A DNA stretch of 56,983 nucleotides, filler included, from Platydemus manokwari (Eukaryota): NCBI GenBank assembly GCA_037951405.1. It is 5 parts of 5 records of this genome, joined end to end, with 100 filler letters (N's around TTAATTAATTAA, not from the genome) between each part and the next. Parts side by side here need not be neighbours in the genome. Positions count along the whole stretch, not along the records: positions 35,842 to 45,583 come from JBBMOY011211209.1; positions 45,684 to 56,983 come from JBBMOY010784425.1; 3 more parts are not named here. One strand, 5' to 3'. Shown piece after piece: positions 40,681-52,300 of the stretch. Each line of letters starts with the position of its first letter. Position 1 is the first letter of the stretch. Position numbers and translations under genes: made by a program. The notes under the pieces were generated by a model, which made no database searches, was not told the origin of the DNA, and worked only from the letters and a program-made list of their open reading frames with translations.

Positions 40681-43600
40681 GAAATATAAATATACAGGAT
40701 GGACAGACGAATGGGTACCGTGTTTAGATGAAATAATAATGTTCATGCAAGGAAGACAACTCATGATGACCAGAGATTTAAGGCTCAGACGGGGACAGAT
40801 AAACAGAATAGTAGCAATAAAAAATCTGAAGAGATATCCAAATGGAATAATAGAAAATGGAATTGTCAAATTATATCCAGGAAGCCATTGCGAGGAGCTA
40901 ACGCACGAAGAAATAAAGTTAACGGTGCAAATAGATTTAAAAAATAAAAAAAGGGGGAACAACAATAAAGTCACTCACAATAGATGATGATACAAGCATA
41001 AGCGAAATATTGCAATGGATATTAGGATTTTGGCCAAACGAGGAAGATCCAGAATACTGAGTAGAGGCATGGCAAAGGGATCACCAGTCACAGAAGAAGT
41101 AATATTAAGTGATTTAGGGATGACGCAAAAAACGAATAATGAGCTGACTATGATCGCGCATTATAGTGCATATTATTATCAAAAGAAGAAGCGAATGGCG
41201 GAAGGAAGGAAAAAGGAGATTAAGGAAGTAAATATGATGAGTTGTGTCAGGAAGCCGGATGCAAGAGATGAAATGGAAAGGTTGCAGGCAATAATATCAA
41301 TATTAGGTGAAAAAAAATCACGATAGGAACACAGGAAAAGATACAAGCGGTATTGAGACGGAAAGACAAAAATAAATCAAGCCTAGAAAAAGAGACGACA
41401 ACGTTATGACTTTTGGATGAGGCCGGATGACACGTGATTGGATAGGTTTAACAAAATAGAGAACAAATTAATTAAAAAGGACTTACCAGGACAGATATTA
41501 TTGAGATGAGTCAATAAGTGATAGCGTTCAAATATCCACAGCTTAAGGAGAGAAAATACTACCCAAACCCTTATTATGTAGAAGGATAAGCATACAGAAT
41601 ACGAGAAAAGTTAAGAAGGATAAGTATGCCAGAAGAAATCATACATGAGTTAAGCAAAGTAATAATGCGGTATGAGCAAGGAAAACAAGTTGAGTTATGG
41701 AGACAAGTTGAAAGAGAACAACTGAAAGAAAGGGAAAGAGAATTCCCTCAAGGAGATACCAATATATATGACGGGATTAAGAGGAAATTCACATTAATAA
41801 TACAGGACAGTGAGGGAAAGCAAGTGCAATAGGACATGGAGTTAGATATGTTCACATCAGTCCAACTAATTAGGAAGTTAATAATATTGGACTGGCCAGA
41901 GGAATTGGAGAAAATAAAAGGAAAGGTGAAAATGAGGTTTAAGGACAGAAGGATGACAGAATTGAAATGTATAGGGGAATACATAAAGAATGACAAAGGA
42001 GACACATGTCTAGCCATTGATATAATACCAGAAGAGGCCAAGAAAATTTTGCAGATTAATATGATAAATAAAGAAGGTTCAGAAGAAGATAGCAGTGGAG
42101 ATGACCAGCAAGAAAGAGAATGGAAATCAGTAGAACAAAAAACAGAAGAACAAATAGAAAAAGCAACAACGAGTCAGATTCCAACAGATAATAATACAAC
42201 TGAACAAAAAGGATGAGTTGGCGTAAGTAGTAATGAATATGACTAGCGCATTACAGGAGCATCAGTTTGAGAGTGGTAGTAGTAAGTAAATCAGAGAGTA
42301 TACGAAGATTACGACAGATGGCAACGGCGATGTGGCCATTTGTAACTTTCAAACCATTCTTGGTAGAGCTAATACATCATGGTATGTTTATGGAAGATGA
42401 TAAAACATGCAGACATTATTTAATAAAAAGAAAAAGACGAAATGTGGTGGAGGTCATGATCCATCAAGGAAAAGGATCAACATGAGAGACACGAAAAGCT
42501 AGAACGTTTTTTAAATGGAGGTCTTTGAGATTTCATAGGACAAACATTCCAGAACTACCATTCACGCATGATGTAAAATGGGGAGAATTACCGGCAACAA
42601 TAAACAATCAGCAAATAATAGACTTGCATCTAGTGGCAAGACAGCATGGACATCCAGATGTGGAAAAATTAAGAATGTTGGAAACGGCAGAAATACGATT
42701 CATACTATATTGGGCAGACGAATTATGGCCATATAGGAATGAGAATGGATATCTTATGTATCATTATAAAACAAGAGAAAGTAGGGAAGAATTATCTGTG
42801 GAAGGGAGTCAATTAACAGATTACGAATTATCAGGAAAGCGAGTAAATTATGTCTATTTAAGACATAGGGGTAGAATGGATTATAACTGTTACCCGTTTA
42901 TATTGAAGATATGGGAAAGCCCCTGGACAGAGGAGAAAGACCACATAATGAATTGGCCAGGAGATGTGGTAGTGGAAGCAATGAAGGAATACATTAGACA
43001 AAATTTCCTAATGAGAGAGCATGTCGACAAACTAAGCATTACACTTTATAACAAAGGGGTAAGACTGAGAAGTAGAGATTTGTTAGAACAATATCATTTA
43101 AACCGTATAATTCTAAACAATTTTGGAGTTCTGATCAAGTATAAGGAACCGGTTGAAAAAGAAATAAGGGAATTATATATAAATGCCAATCGAATAATAG
43201 GAGTAAATTTGGACGAAGAAGAAGTCACTCCAATAACGAAAAGTAGTGAGGAAAAATCTCCAAAATCAGCAAACTCTAAATCAAGTGAATTAAATTCCGA
43301 TGAGGACTTTTTGAAGGCATTAGGATTGAGAACGAAGAAAATAGATAGTACAATGGATATGGTGGAAAGAATGCCAAAAATTCAGCTACAAAAAGAAATA
43401 GAAAAGAAATATTTATGTTTAGGATGTATAGGAAAGCAAGAACATAAGTGTCCAAATAAGGAAAGGATAGAGGAGAAAGCAGAACCACAAGAAGAAATAA
43501 TCAAACAAATACAAGAGGAGCGAAAAGAGGCACTGGCGCTATAAAATAGTACTACCAGGGAGCAAGAAAGTGTGCCAAGGAAGAAAATAGTAACCCGTAT

Positions 43601-43745
43601 AGAGAAGGAGAGTGTAGTAAAACAAGGGAAGAAGACGAGGACGTCATATTAGAAGAGATAAGTGATGAAGATAAAGATCTAATAGAGCCACCAAGGGAAG
43701 AATTAAGAGAGGGGGAATTTAGGCTCAGAGAATCAACAGAATCTC
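40681..43745 (+). mobile_element. Intronless purine-rich multicopy element fragment encoding a decayed polyprotein (about 1000 codons) with tandem UBL3-like ubiquitin-fold domains
   Basis: Abrupt shift to A/G-rich coding-like sequence. ORFs 40610-43544 join through single stops or frameshifts. Repeated units of about 80-85 aa follow a beta-grasp pattern (e.g. LIHHGMFMEDDKTCRHY; DDTSISEILQWILGFWP; LYNKGVRLRSRDLLEQYHL). A homologous copy lies at 26601-26850. No RT, integrase or transposase is visible in the fragment. Confidence 0.65.
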
Positions 43746-45583
43746 TGTGCTTCAGTTAAATATATCAAACTCATCTGCCGACATCTTGGTCCTCAATACC
43801 AGGTGTTGAAGCCCCATAGAGTCAGTACCTTTAGATCAAAGCGCCAACTAATTAACTAAATCAATACCATTATCTAAAATCATTTAAACAAAAACCCCAA
43901 AGACCAACATATTTTTCAATAACATGGTTAATATTATTTTCACAAATATAAGCCTCACTAAGCTTAAATATTTATAATATATGAATGACTGATTACCTTG
44001 TCACAGGGGTATGAAACACCTATTGGTCACGACGATATTACTAAACCTTCACGATGTGTCACCTTATTTCCCGAGCAAGGTGGATAAATAATTTCTTTTC
44101 TTAACTATAACCATTATTATTATCGTCAATATTATTTATATTATTTATATTATTAATATTTTTTATAATAATATTATTAACATTGAATTTACTATTAATA
44201 ATATTATAAAGCATAGTGACATAGTGATATGACTTATTATTTTCGTTAACATTAAAACAAGAAATAATGAGCGAACAATTAAAACAAACTGGCTGGTGAA
44301 TCAATATAAATAATGCAGCGAAATTTTTTGGCTCTCAATTGTGAAGGTTTGAAGTTGTTTTAAATATGTCGATAGCTGTTTAATTCTCTTTCACATATTT
44401 CCCGATGAATTTTCTACTCGCCCAATACATATTTTAATGTTTATAATTGATTTTTAACAATTCTTTATTGATTAATAATTTGTTTTTCATTTTCAATATG
44501 TGTATTTAACCAATAATCATATTTAAAGTCATTTTGCGTTTACAATTCTTTCTCTATGTCTTTCTCCTTTACATTTCCTACTTATCCGGGCAAACAGACA
44601 GACATTAACATGATAAAAACGAAGTTTGTTTTACTGCAATAAACTGATAGTCAGAAAGTTAAAACTAATGAGAAATATTCTGTAATAATGCTCGTGAGTA
44701 TTATGGAGATGTTTGATTGGATATTTGTTATTTCGCACTTGTGGAACATTTATTGATCGATTTCATAGTATTTTCTTGTTTCGGGTAGGAACTCAAATAC
44801 ACAATCCTTTAATTATCTCATACGTGATATTTTTTCTCATATTCACATGCCTAATACACATTGTAATGCCATTTGTGCTTCAAATATTCTGAAATGCCAA
44901 TTATAAGTTATAATAATTAGAAGAAAATTGTGGCAAAAGAGACGGTAAATTTGTATCTGTAATTCAAACAAAATCGTTAAACTGAACTCCAAAATTTTTC
45001 ATTTAGTAAATATTTCAATTCCATTATCGGGTTAGAATCCAATCAAAACCATAGTCAATTATAATTCCAATCTCAATTTAAAAGTCATTTGAATAATAGT
45101 TTAATTTGAATTTGCGTTTAGATTCATCCTATTTTTCGTGTGATTAGTGAGCTTGGTACACTTTCAGCAATATTGTATGGGCTTTAATCTTTATTCATAC
45201 AACAATGATTTTTATTCGATAATAATTACAACTGTTTTGATTCTGATCATCCTTAGTGATTCTGATTATAATTATCTGTATGTAAAATGTTAAAGTCATT
45301 GGAAAGTAATTTATATGAATAGCGACGATAAAGATGTTGGGTTTTGGGGCGTATGACAATTTTTAACATTATTTGCATGAAAAAATTTTATTTTTGCATG
45401 AAACAACATTTTTTATGAAAATTCAGGGGAATTTTGTAATATAATATAATACATAATTTAAACCTCAATTTATAATCCCTATAAATAACGATAAAAACCG
45501 GCAATAATATAATAAAATTAAATACATTAAAATTACCTTATAATAAATTCACTGATTAAAACAAAACACATAGTGAATTTATC

Positions 45584-45683
45584 NNNNNNNNNNNNNNNNN
45601 NNNNNNNNNNNNNNNNNNNNNNNNNNNTTAATTAATTAANNNNNNNNNNNNNNNNNNNNNNNNNNNNNNNNNNNNNNNNNNNN
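45584..45683. other. Artificial contig spacer
   Basis: N44-TTAATTAATTAA-N44. Confidence 0.97.
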
Positions 45684-45890
45684 TTTCTTTAACGTCTTTG
45701 ATTTTTTGATTTTATCAATTGTTTTTGTTTAGAATACTCTAATGTTTCAATCTTCTTCATAACTTTTTATATCTCCTTTATATATTCTACAATTTTTCGA
45801 TATCCTAATCCTTCTCCTTCATAATTTTCAGGTATTATTCCCACAATAGTGTCCTGATGCGTACTCACCATGTAACCCGATATCATTTAA
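45684..45890 (-). mobile_element. Purine-rich coding-like repeat fragment at a contig end (possibly the same element family as 40681-43745)
   Basis: The minus frame MISGYMVSTHQDTIVGIIPENYEGEGLGYRKIVEYIKEI*KVMKKIE has similar A/G-rich codon style and is truncated by the gap. No direct alignment to the other copies was found. Confidence 0.3.
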
Positions 45891-46483
45891 TTAAGCAGCC
45901 ATTGGAAAAGAACCAAAAATTCAGGGCACTAAATTAAGTATAATAAATACAATTTTGTAAACAAACTAATAAAATATTTTACAATAATTGAAGTAAATCT
46001 TGCTGTTCGCTTAAAAGTTCTGACTAATACTTCTAATGATCTTTTTATTCTTTAATTAATGTTAATGATTGTGTTTATCACTTTATTATATGTTTGTAGT
46101 TAATGACTATGAATACTAATATTTTGCCCGATATGGAAGAGCGTAGATAATAAAATGAGTTTAATTTACTTAACTTAATTTTAATTTTAATTTAATGTAA
46201 ATAACGTAAATATTACTTTAAATTTCTTTTTAATTTCAAAATATATCTAATGATTTTTCCAATTTTTATTTTTTTAATTTCATATATTTAATATATTCAC
46301 ATCATTATTCTAGATAGTCTTTATTTTTTGACATGGCTTTATCAGTTCATATCGAATGTCACTTCATATTTCTGTACATGTATTCCGTAGTTTCTTAGAA
46401 TCGCAGAATTCTGTCTTCCTAATGATTTCAAATTATTTTATTATTACTGTAATATCTTTCAGTACAATTTATACAGAGAGAAA

Positions 46484-46690
46484 TTATTCTTCATAATCAG
46501 GATAAGTGTTTAAAAAATCTCAAATTTAAATCTCAAATCTAAAATTAATAGATTCATTCACAGTGATATCATTCCACAGATTACCATCGTTATAATGGGC
46601 ATAAAATTGTTTTTTCCATCTATCTTTTAGAAAAGAAGTACATCGTTGATAAAAAAATAAATAAAATAACAAGTGTGTCGTTTAAACGGT
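46484..46690 (-). pseudogene. Duplicated 3' end (last intron and last exon) of a CRAL-TRIO gene, disrupted
   Basis: DRWKKQFYAHYNDGNLWNDITVNESI...YPDYEE* aligns to 47936-48066. It has an internal insertion with a stop. The upstream exon end PFKRHT followed by gttatt is conserved, but earlier exons are absent. Confidence 0.85.
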
Positions 46691-47935
46691 GTGTTGTTTT
46701 AATATACAAAAGTATTACAACTAATTGTAGAAACAATTTTTGATGGTTATGTAATCACTATAATTCCCGATACTTTAATAAATAACAGTAAAAATATTAG
46801 TTTAAATTTAGTTAAATTTAATAAAGTTTCATTATGATTCTTTTATATTTTAAATAAAAGGCAATATAAAATATTGAATTATCATCTGTCATGTGTATTT
46901 GATTTGATTTTCTCAATGTTAATATTTATCTTTATCACTTTATCAATGCACACCGGACAAGCCATTTCACGAACAACTTATTTTGTCTTTTGAGTTCATA
47001 AATAAATTCATTTTATATATGAAGTCATAGGAATGAAAAGTTATTAATAATGTATTGTTGAATATTATTGTAAATTTTAAAATTTTATAATGCATACTTA
47101 AATATGGTTTATAATATAATATTCCATTATATGTGATTTTAATATATTTTACCACACATAAAACATTATATCCGAAACTTTATCAGTAGTAAAGATTGTC
47201 GATAATAAAATATTTATTTACAATGCTTTCCAGATATTAATTTTTGGAGTATGATAACGGCTAAAAAGAAAATATATTTAAATATAATGATAATAATTAT
47301 TAACTTTCTTTTGAGAAAGTATGGTATGAGATGAAAATATTATCAAGATCTTATTATGAATTGTTTAAACGGAAGATTTATGATTTGGTAAGTTAGATCT
47401 CTTGAGAACAGGCAAAGTGCTGATCAATATGTTTGTAAATTTAATTTAAGATAAATATTATTGATAATATATTAAAATAATAACTATAATTATTAATTTT
47501 AAAGTCATCTTTTAAATATTCCCCAATCTTGATGTTAAGAATGTAAATTGTTATCAATGTGACATGATCATTCATTTAAAATATTTTCATTCAAATCACT
47601 TAATATATTTGTCAAAAATGGTTTCGTATTTTGAATAATAGCAGTTATTTAAATGAAGGTTTATTTATTTTCAATTGTTTTTCAACAATAATTATGAATC
47701 TATAACGTTACTTTCTTATAATACTTAAAAATATTTCATATGAATCCATTAAAGTTTCAAAATGGAGAGATAAGGACTGAACTGGTGATAAAACAAAAAA
47801 ATAATAGTAATTGAAATAAACTCTTTATATTATGTCAAGTGAACTGATGTAATCAATACTGAATTTTATTTTAATAATACAAGCACCATTAATTCTTAGA
47901 CCAATGAAAGTTTTAAAGTATATGCAAACAAATAA

Positions 47936-49289
47936 TTATTCTTCATAATCAGGATAATCCTCTATATAATCCAATGTTTCCTCATGACGAATAGATTCAT
48001 CGACAGTGATATCATTCCAAGGATAACCATCTTTATAATAGTTTTAAAATTGTTTTTTCCATCTTTCTGTTAAAAATCAAGGTGATCGTTGACAAAAATT
48101 AAAAGGAAAAAATAACCAGTATGTTGTTTGAAAGGTCCCCCACATCCACCATGTTCGACTGGTAATAGATCTTTCAATCCAGGAATATGTTTGTATGTCT
48201 CTTCTAGGTTATCAGTTCGAATAACCTTAAATTATTTAGGTAAAATAAAATAACCACGATAAATATTTAAAATAATTTTATTCCTAATATTGGCTTAATA
48301 TTCGAAATTTAATATAAAATTACCGAAAACTAAAATGATAAAATATATGAAAGCAAAATAACTAGCTCCGTACTTTACCAGCAAATAGTTTACTCGTATG
48401 GAATGACCACATCTTGAAAAATCTATCAAAAGTGGATGGTAAATTAAGAAAAACGTGGACTTCGAATCGCCACTGGAAAATATCCTAATAATAGTGCAGT
48501 TAAATTTAAAAATAATAATAATTTAAAAAATCACTTGATAGCATCTTGCGATACGGGATAAAAATTTATTATCAGTCCACAAGTCCACTAATCCTTGAAA
48601 AGCGTCTGCCATATCAAATAATACTCTAACTCCATGAATTTGAGTCTCTTCTTCAGACAAAATTACATCGTATCCCATAAAAACCAGTGCAACGAATTGA
48701 TCTCTAGAAATTCTTTCCGGACAATAGTTTCCTTAAATTTAAATTACGTTGATTAAAATAGCACTATTTCAGCTTCCATATTTATGTCATTATAAATATT
48801 GATAAATAACATTACTTAAAGCAAGAAAAAGAATCATTTCTCCATTTTCATTCCTGCCCAAAGGTGTAAAACATCTAAATATATCAAGATTTATTTAAAT
48901 ATTAGAATTAAGAAACGACTGTGAGTCCAGAAATTCATCAATAATCGCTTCATCGATATGGGCATAATCAAAAAATTCTGGAGATCCTCGATTAGTACTT
49001 CTAACTGTACAAAATGAATCCAAGCGTTTTTGGGCTGCTTTCATATCAAATTTAGCTACTCGTAGAAATCGAAGCAAGAAATCAGTATCTATTCAATTCA
49101 TTTATGATATAACGATAGACATTATCTTAATATATTACCTGTTGGACATTTGAAATGTGGCATTGCTATCGCCCATTTTCTCAATTGTTCAATTAATTCG
49201 TTTATCTGTGATGGGTCCTCATTCAAAATATCGATAGCTAACTGTTTTGTTGAGTCGCTGATTTTTTCATAATCATATTTAGCAGTCAT
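47936..49289 (-). CDS. CRAL-TRIO lipid-binding protein (alpha-tocopherol transfer protein/clavesin-like), 7 exons; in-frame TAA at 48044-48046 in the last exon
   Basis: Exons 49139-49289 (MTAKYDY...LNED...LRKWAIAMPHFKCPT), 48920-49088 (DTDFLLRFLRVAKFD), 48816-48874 (PLGRNENGE), 48535-48731 (EEETQIHGVRVLFDM), 48374-48484 (NLPSTFDRFF), 48117-48225 (LLPVEHGG) and 47936-48066. All introns are GT-AG with consistent phases. Confidence 0.92.
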
Positions 49290-49889
49290 TGTCACTGTGT
49301 CGGTTTTCTTGAATCAAAAAATTGCTCACAAAATTAATCCTGCTAATATTTTATAGAAATAATTTAATTTAACTCTACTTTTATAAATTATAGGAGTAAG
49401 ATAACACACATGCACACTATTCGACAAGAATATCTGAAATATGTACTACTGTAATTATTGATTGATTAATCCGTACGGCTTTGTGAACATTTTAAAATCA
49501 ATATTATCGATATCTTAAAATGAAAAGTTTTATTTTACTTGTAATACAAGTTAAAATGTATAGTTTTGTTAAAATATTTATTATTTTGGTTCAATGATCT
49601 CAAACGTAAAAATTCATGACCTTCGATTTCGTGCGTTGAAATTTGTCAACACGGTTTGTAAACAAGTTCTAATTGATTGTAATTTTTGAATTTAGATATA
49701 GAGAAAACAGGGACGATTTGAAAAGTTAAAATATTCATTTGGGTTAATATTGGGAGAAATTTATACACAAATAATTAGAAAAACATTAAATATCACACAT
49801 TAATCAATAAAAGCAATATTAAAAGATGTTAATGTGACATTTTAATCTGTTGTTTAATCTATTGCTTAATCTGTTTTATATAATCAATA

Positions 49890-50620
49890 ATGACATAACC
49901 AAAGAAATCGCTATAACCAGAAGTACTAGGCAGGACTGCTACAAATCAATGATCCTTTTCAGCATTTCAATAAACACCATACGGTGTCAAATGGATGACG
50001 AATGAAGTTTTGGAATTATTTCATCTAGGCAAAAATCCACGATTCTGGTCTGTGTAGATAACAGGCAATCATTTGTCCCAATCCAAGAACTTTTGAACCA
50101 TTTTAAAGTGCTTGAAAAACAGTTAGGTATTATCTTAGGTATTACATACAAAATATGTTCAAGCTAGAACATGAATTCAAAAAAAAGATTATATTAAAAA
50201 AATATTATCCTACAAATTACCATGTGAGAAAAATATAAATACTATGGGTTCAATTTCTCCATCAAGTGACACATGTCATTTAAAAACCTCAGTGTCGACT
50301 TGCAAAAGATTGATAAAACTTACAATATGTATTCTACTACCTATGCAGAAAATTGATCTCGGCATTGCCTTGTTTCTAAGCAAGTTCAATTTCGTCGTGA
50401 GATAATATTTTTTAACCAATACAGAGCTTAAAGATCCTGATGTTGCTTTGCGAAAGATACTTGAAAGTCTTGATCAAACTCATAACTATACTCAACTTAA
50501 TCGAACATGGGCTGCAGACTTAGGATCATTTCAGCAGTCAATTTTGTTTGATACTTGCAAATCTTACCACGCTACAAGACTTTATAAGATTCATTGTAAT
50601 CAAAGGCAAAAATCAAACAC
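49890..50620 (+). mobile_element. Non-LTR retrotransposon reverse-transcriptase fragment (RLE-type, NeSL/R2-like), degraded
   Basis: TKEIAITRSTRQDCYKSMILFSISINTI (degenerate GvrQGCplS.LF), STILVCVDN (degenerate YADD), EKYKYYGFNF (YkYLG) and LPMQKIDL...LKDPDVALRKIL (post-RT region typical of RLE LINEs). Confidence 0.7.
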
Positions 50621-51099
50621 AAACTGATGCTATAAAACAGCTTTCCTCTATTATATCTAGATTCAAAAGTGCTCATTAAACCATTAATAATTATTACTTC
50701 TATGTTTTCGAGGTTCCTACCAGTTATTCGTACAATTTTACATATAAATTCGAGTGATTAGAGGGGTAGATTATTCGCTGTAATTAATATTGGTTTGTTA
50801 TTTTATTTTCAAAATAACTATTAAATTTGGTTTGGCCATGTGTAGAACTCAACATATAAATGTAAAATATAAATTGATAAATTATTATTTGTTAAAATAA
50901 ATTGATAACGTTTGATGTCTTTTTTTAATTAATTAGAAAATAAATAGATAATGTTAAAATAAGAAAAAATATTAATTAAATAAAATATTAAATAAAGTAT
51001 TTTTATAATGAAATACTAAAATAAAATAAGTAATTAAATCGAAATTAGTTTGTTTGAATTACTTTTTCATTACATGTCATCAGATTAATCTAATGCAAG

Positions 51100-52300
51100 C
51101 AACCTTTCTACAGTGTTTCAACACAAATTCGTACATTATCCATACTAGCAAGACAAAGACTGTCGATATAAAGAGAAATAAACACCGCTTTCGTTGAAGT
51201 GACAAATTCTGATTTAAATTTTTGCAAATGAATATTGCAAATATTATTTAGTGATCAAAGTATTGTCCTTTGGACTGAAATATATAAGATAATGTCTATG
51301 CAATCTAGAAACCAACAGACAGAGATCTAGAATTATAAGAATTTTATTCTAGTATAAAATATTAGTTAAAAAGGTATTTTTTGCATATCCAAATTCATTA
51401 GTTTCTATTGAAGGAATTAATTCGAAGGAGTACTACTGATTTAAGACAAATTAAAGAAAAGCAAAGAATGCTTGATACACAATGAAGATACTAAGTTAAA
51501 CATGATTATTAGTAATAAAAATGTATCTTTTGTAGATCATTGGAATAAAGGCTGGACAAAATAGCATCATGATGAAGAGCTGCTTATAATAGAATATTTA
51601 ACTTGTTTGATTTGTTAGAAAGAAAAACAAGGTATAACAATATGTCTTTACACAGATTAAATTTAATAATAAAAATACAACCTTTTCTTATGATGAATTT
51701 CAAATCAATTCTAGATACATGATATAGTTACAATAATTTACATTTATTTTAAAAGATAATGAGTACTATCATATATAGTTAAAGAAGAATCTCAAGAATT
51801 ACATTATTATCAACAAATTCAAACAATATTGTTTTACAAGGACCTATTGAGGATTACAGGAGAAACTCGCACTTTCACAAACTAGTTACTAAAGTATCGA
51901 TAAATATCAAACTAAAAATTAGAGAAATTGACAAATACAAGCTTATCATAATGAAACTCAAGATAACACTATAAAATATTAAAATTCGTGGTAATCGAAC
52001 TAATGTATCATGCTAATTTTGAAAAATATTCTTTATTTTAGGTAGAAATTGATGCAAAAAAAATAATATGGGTTGGTGCCTTGATAGTTTAGATAACAAA
52101 TTTTGTTTAATATTACAAACGTACATTGGCACAGAAATCGTGTCGCAATCTACTTGGATTGAAATAAAAAGATATAAATATAATACATTTTCTGATCATC
52201 AAAATAAAATATTTAGACGAAATCTCGTTTTTATAATATTTTATATACAAGCAAATATTGATAATTCTACACCAACAATAATGAACATTTGTGTATGGAA
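51100..52300 (+). mobile_element. Possible degraded Gypsy pol remnant (RNase H / integrase zinc-binding region)
   Basis: Fragments ICLYTD and YGLVP**FR*QILFNITNVHWH resemble RNase H and integrase HHCC motifs. Many stops are present. Confidence 0.3.

Noticed and set aside
43820-43860. Minus-strand TGGCGC possible primer-binding site next to the multi-UBL element
   Set aside because: No extended tRNA 3' complementarity or adjacent LTR end was recognisable.
48044-48046. Nuclear genetic-code reassignment TAA=Tyr (as proposed for an alternative flatworm mitochondrial code)
   Set aside because: It is the only in-frame TAA across the exons of four genes that otherwise use TAT/TAC. Paralog similarity ends right after the terminal TAA, showing that TAA acts as a stop.
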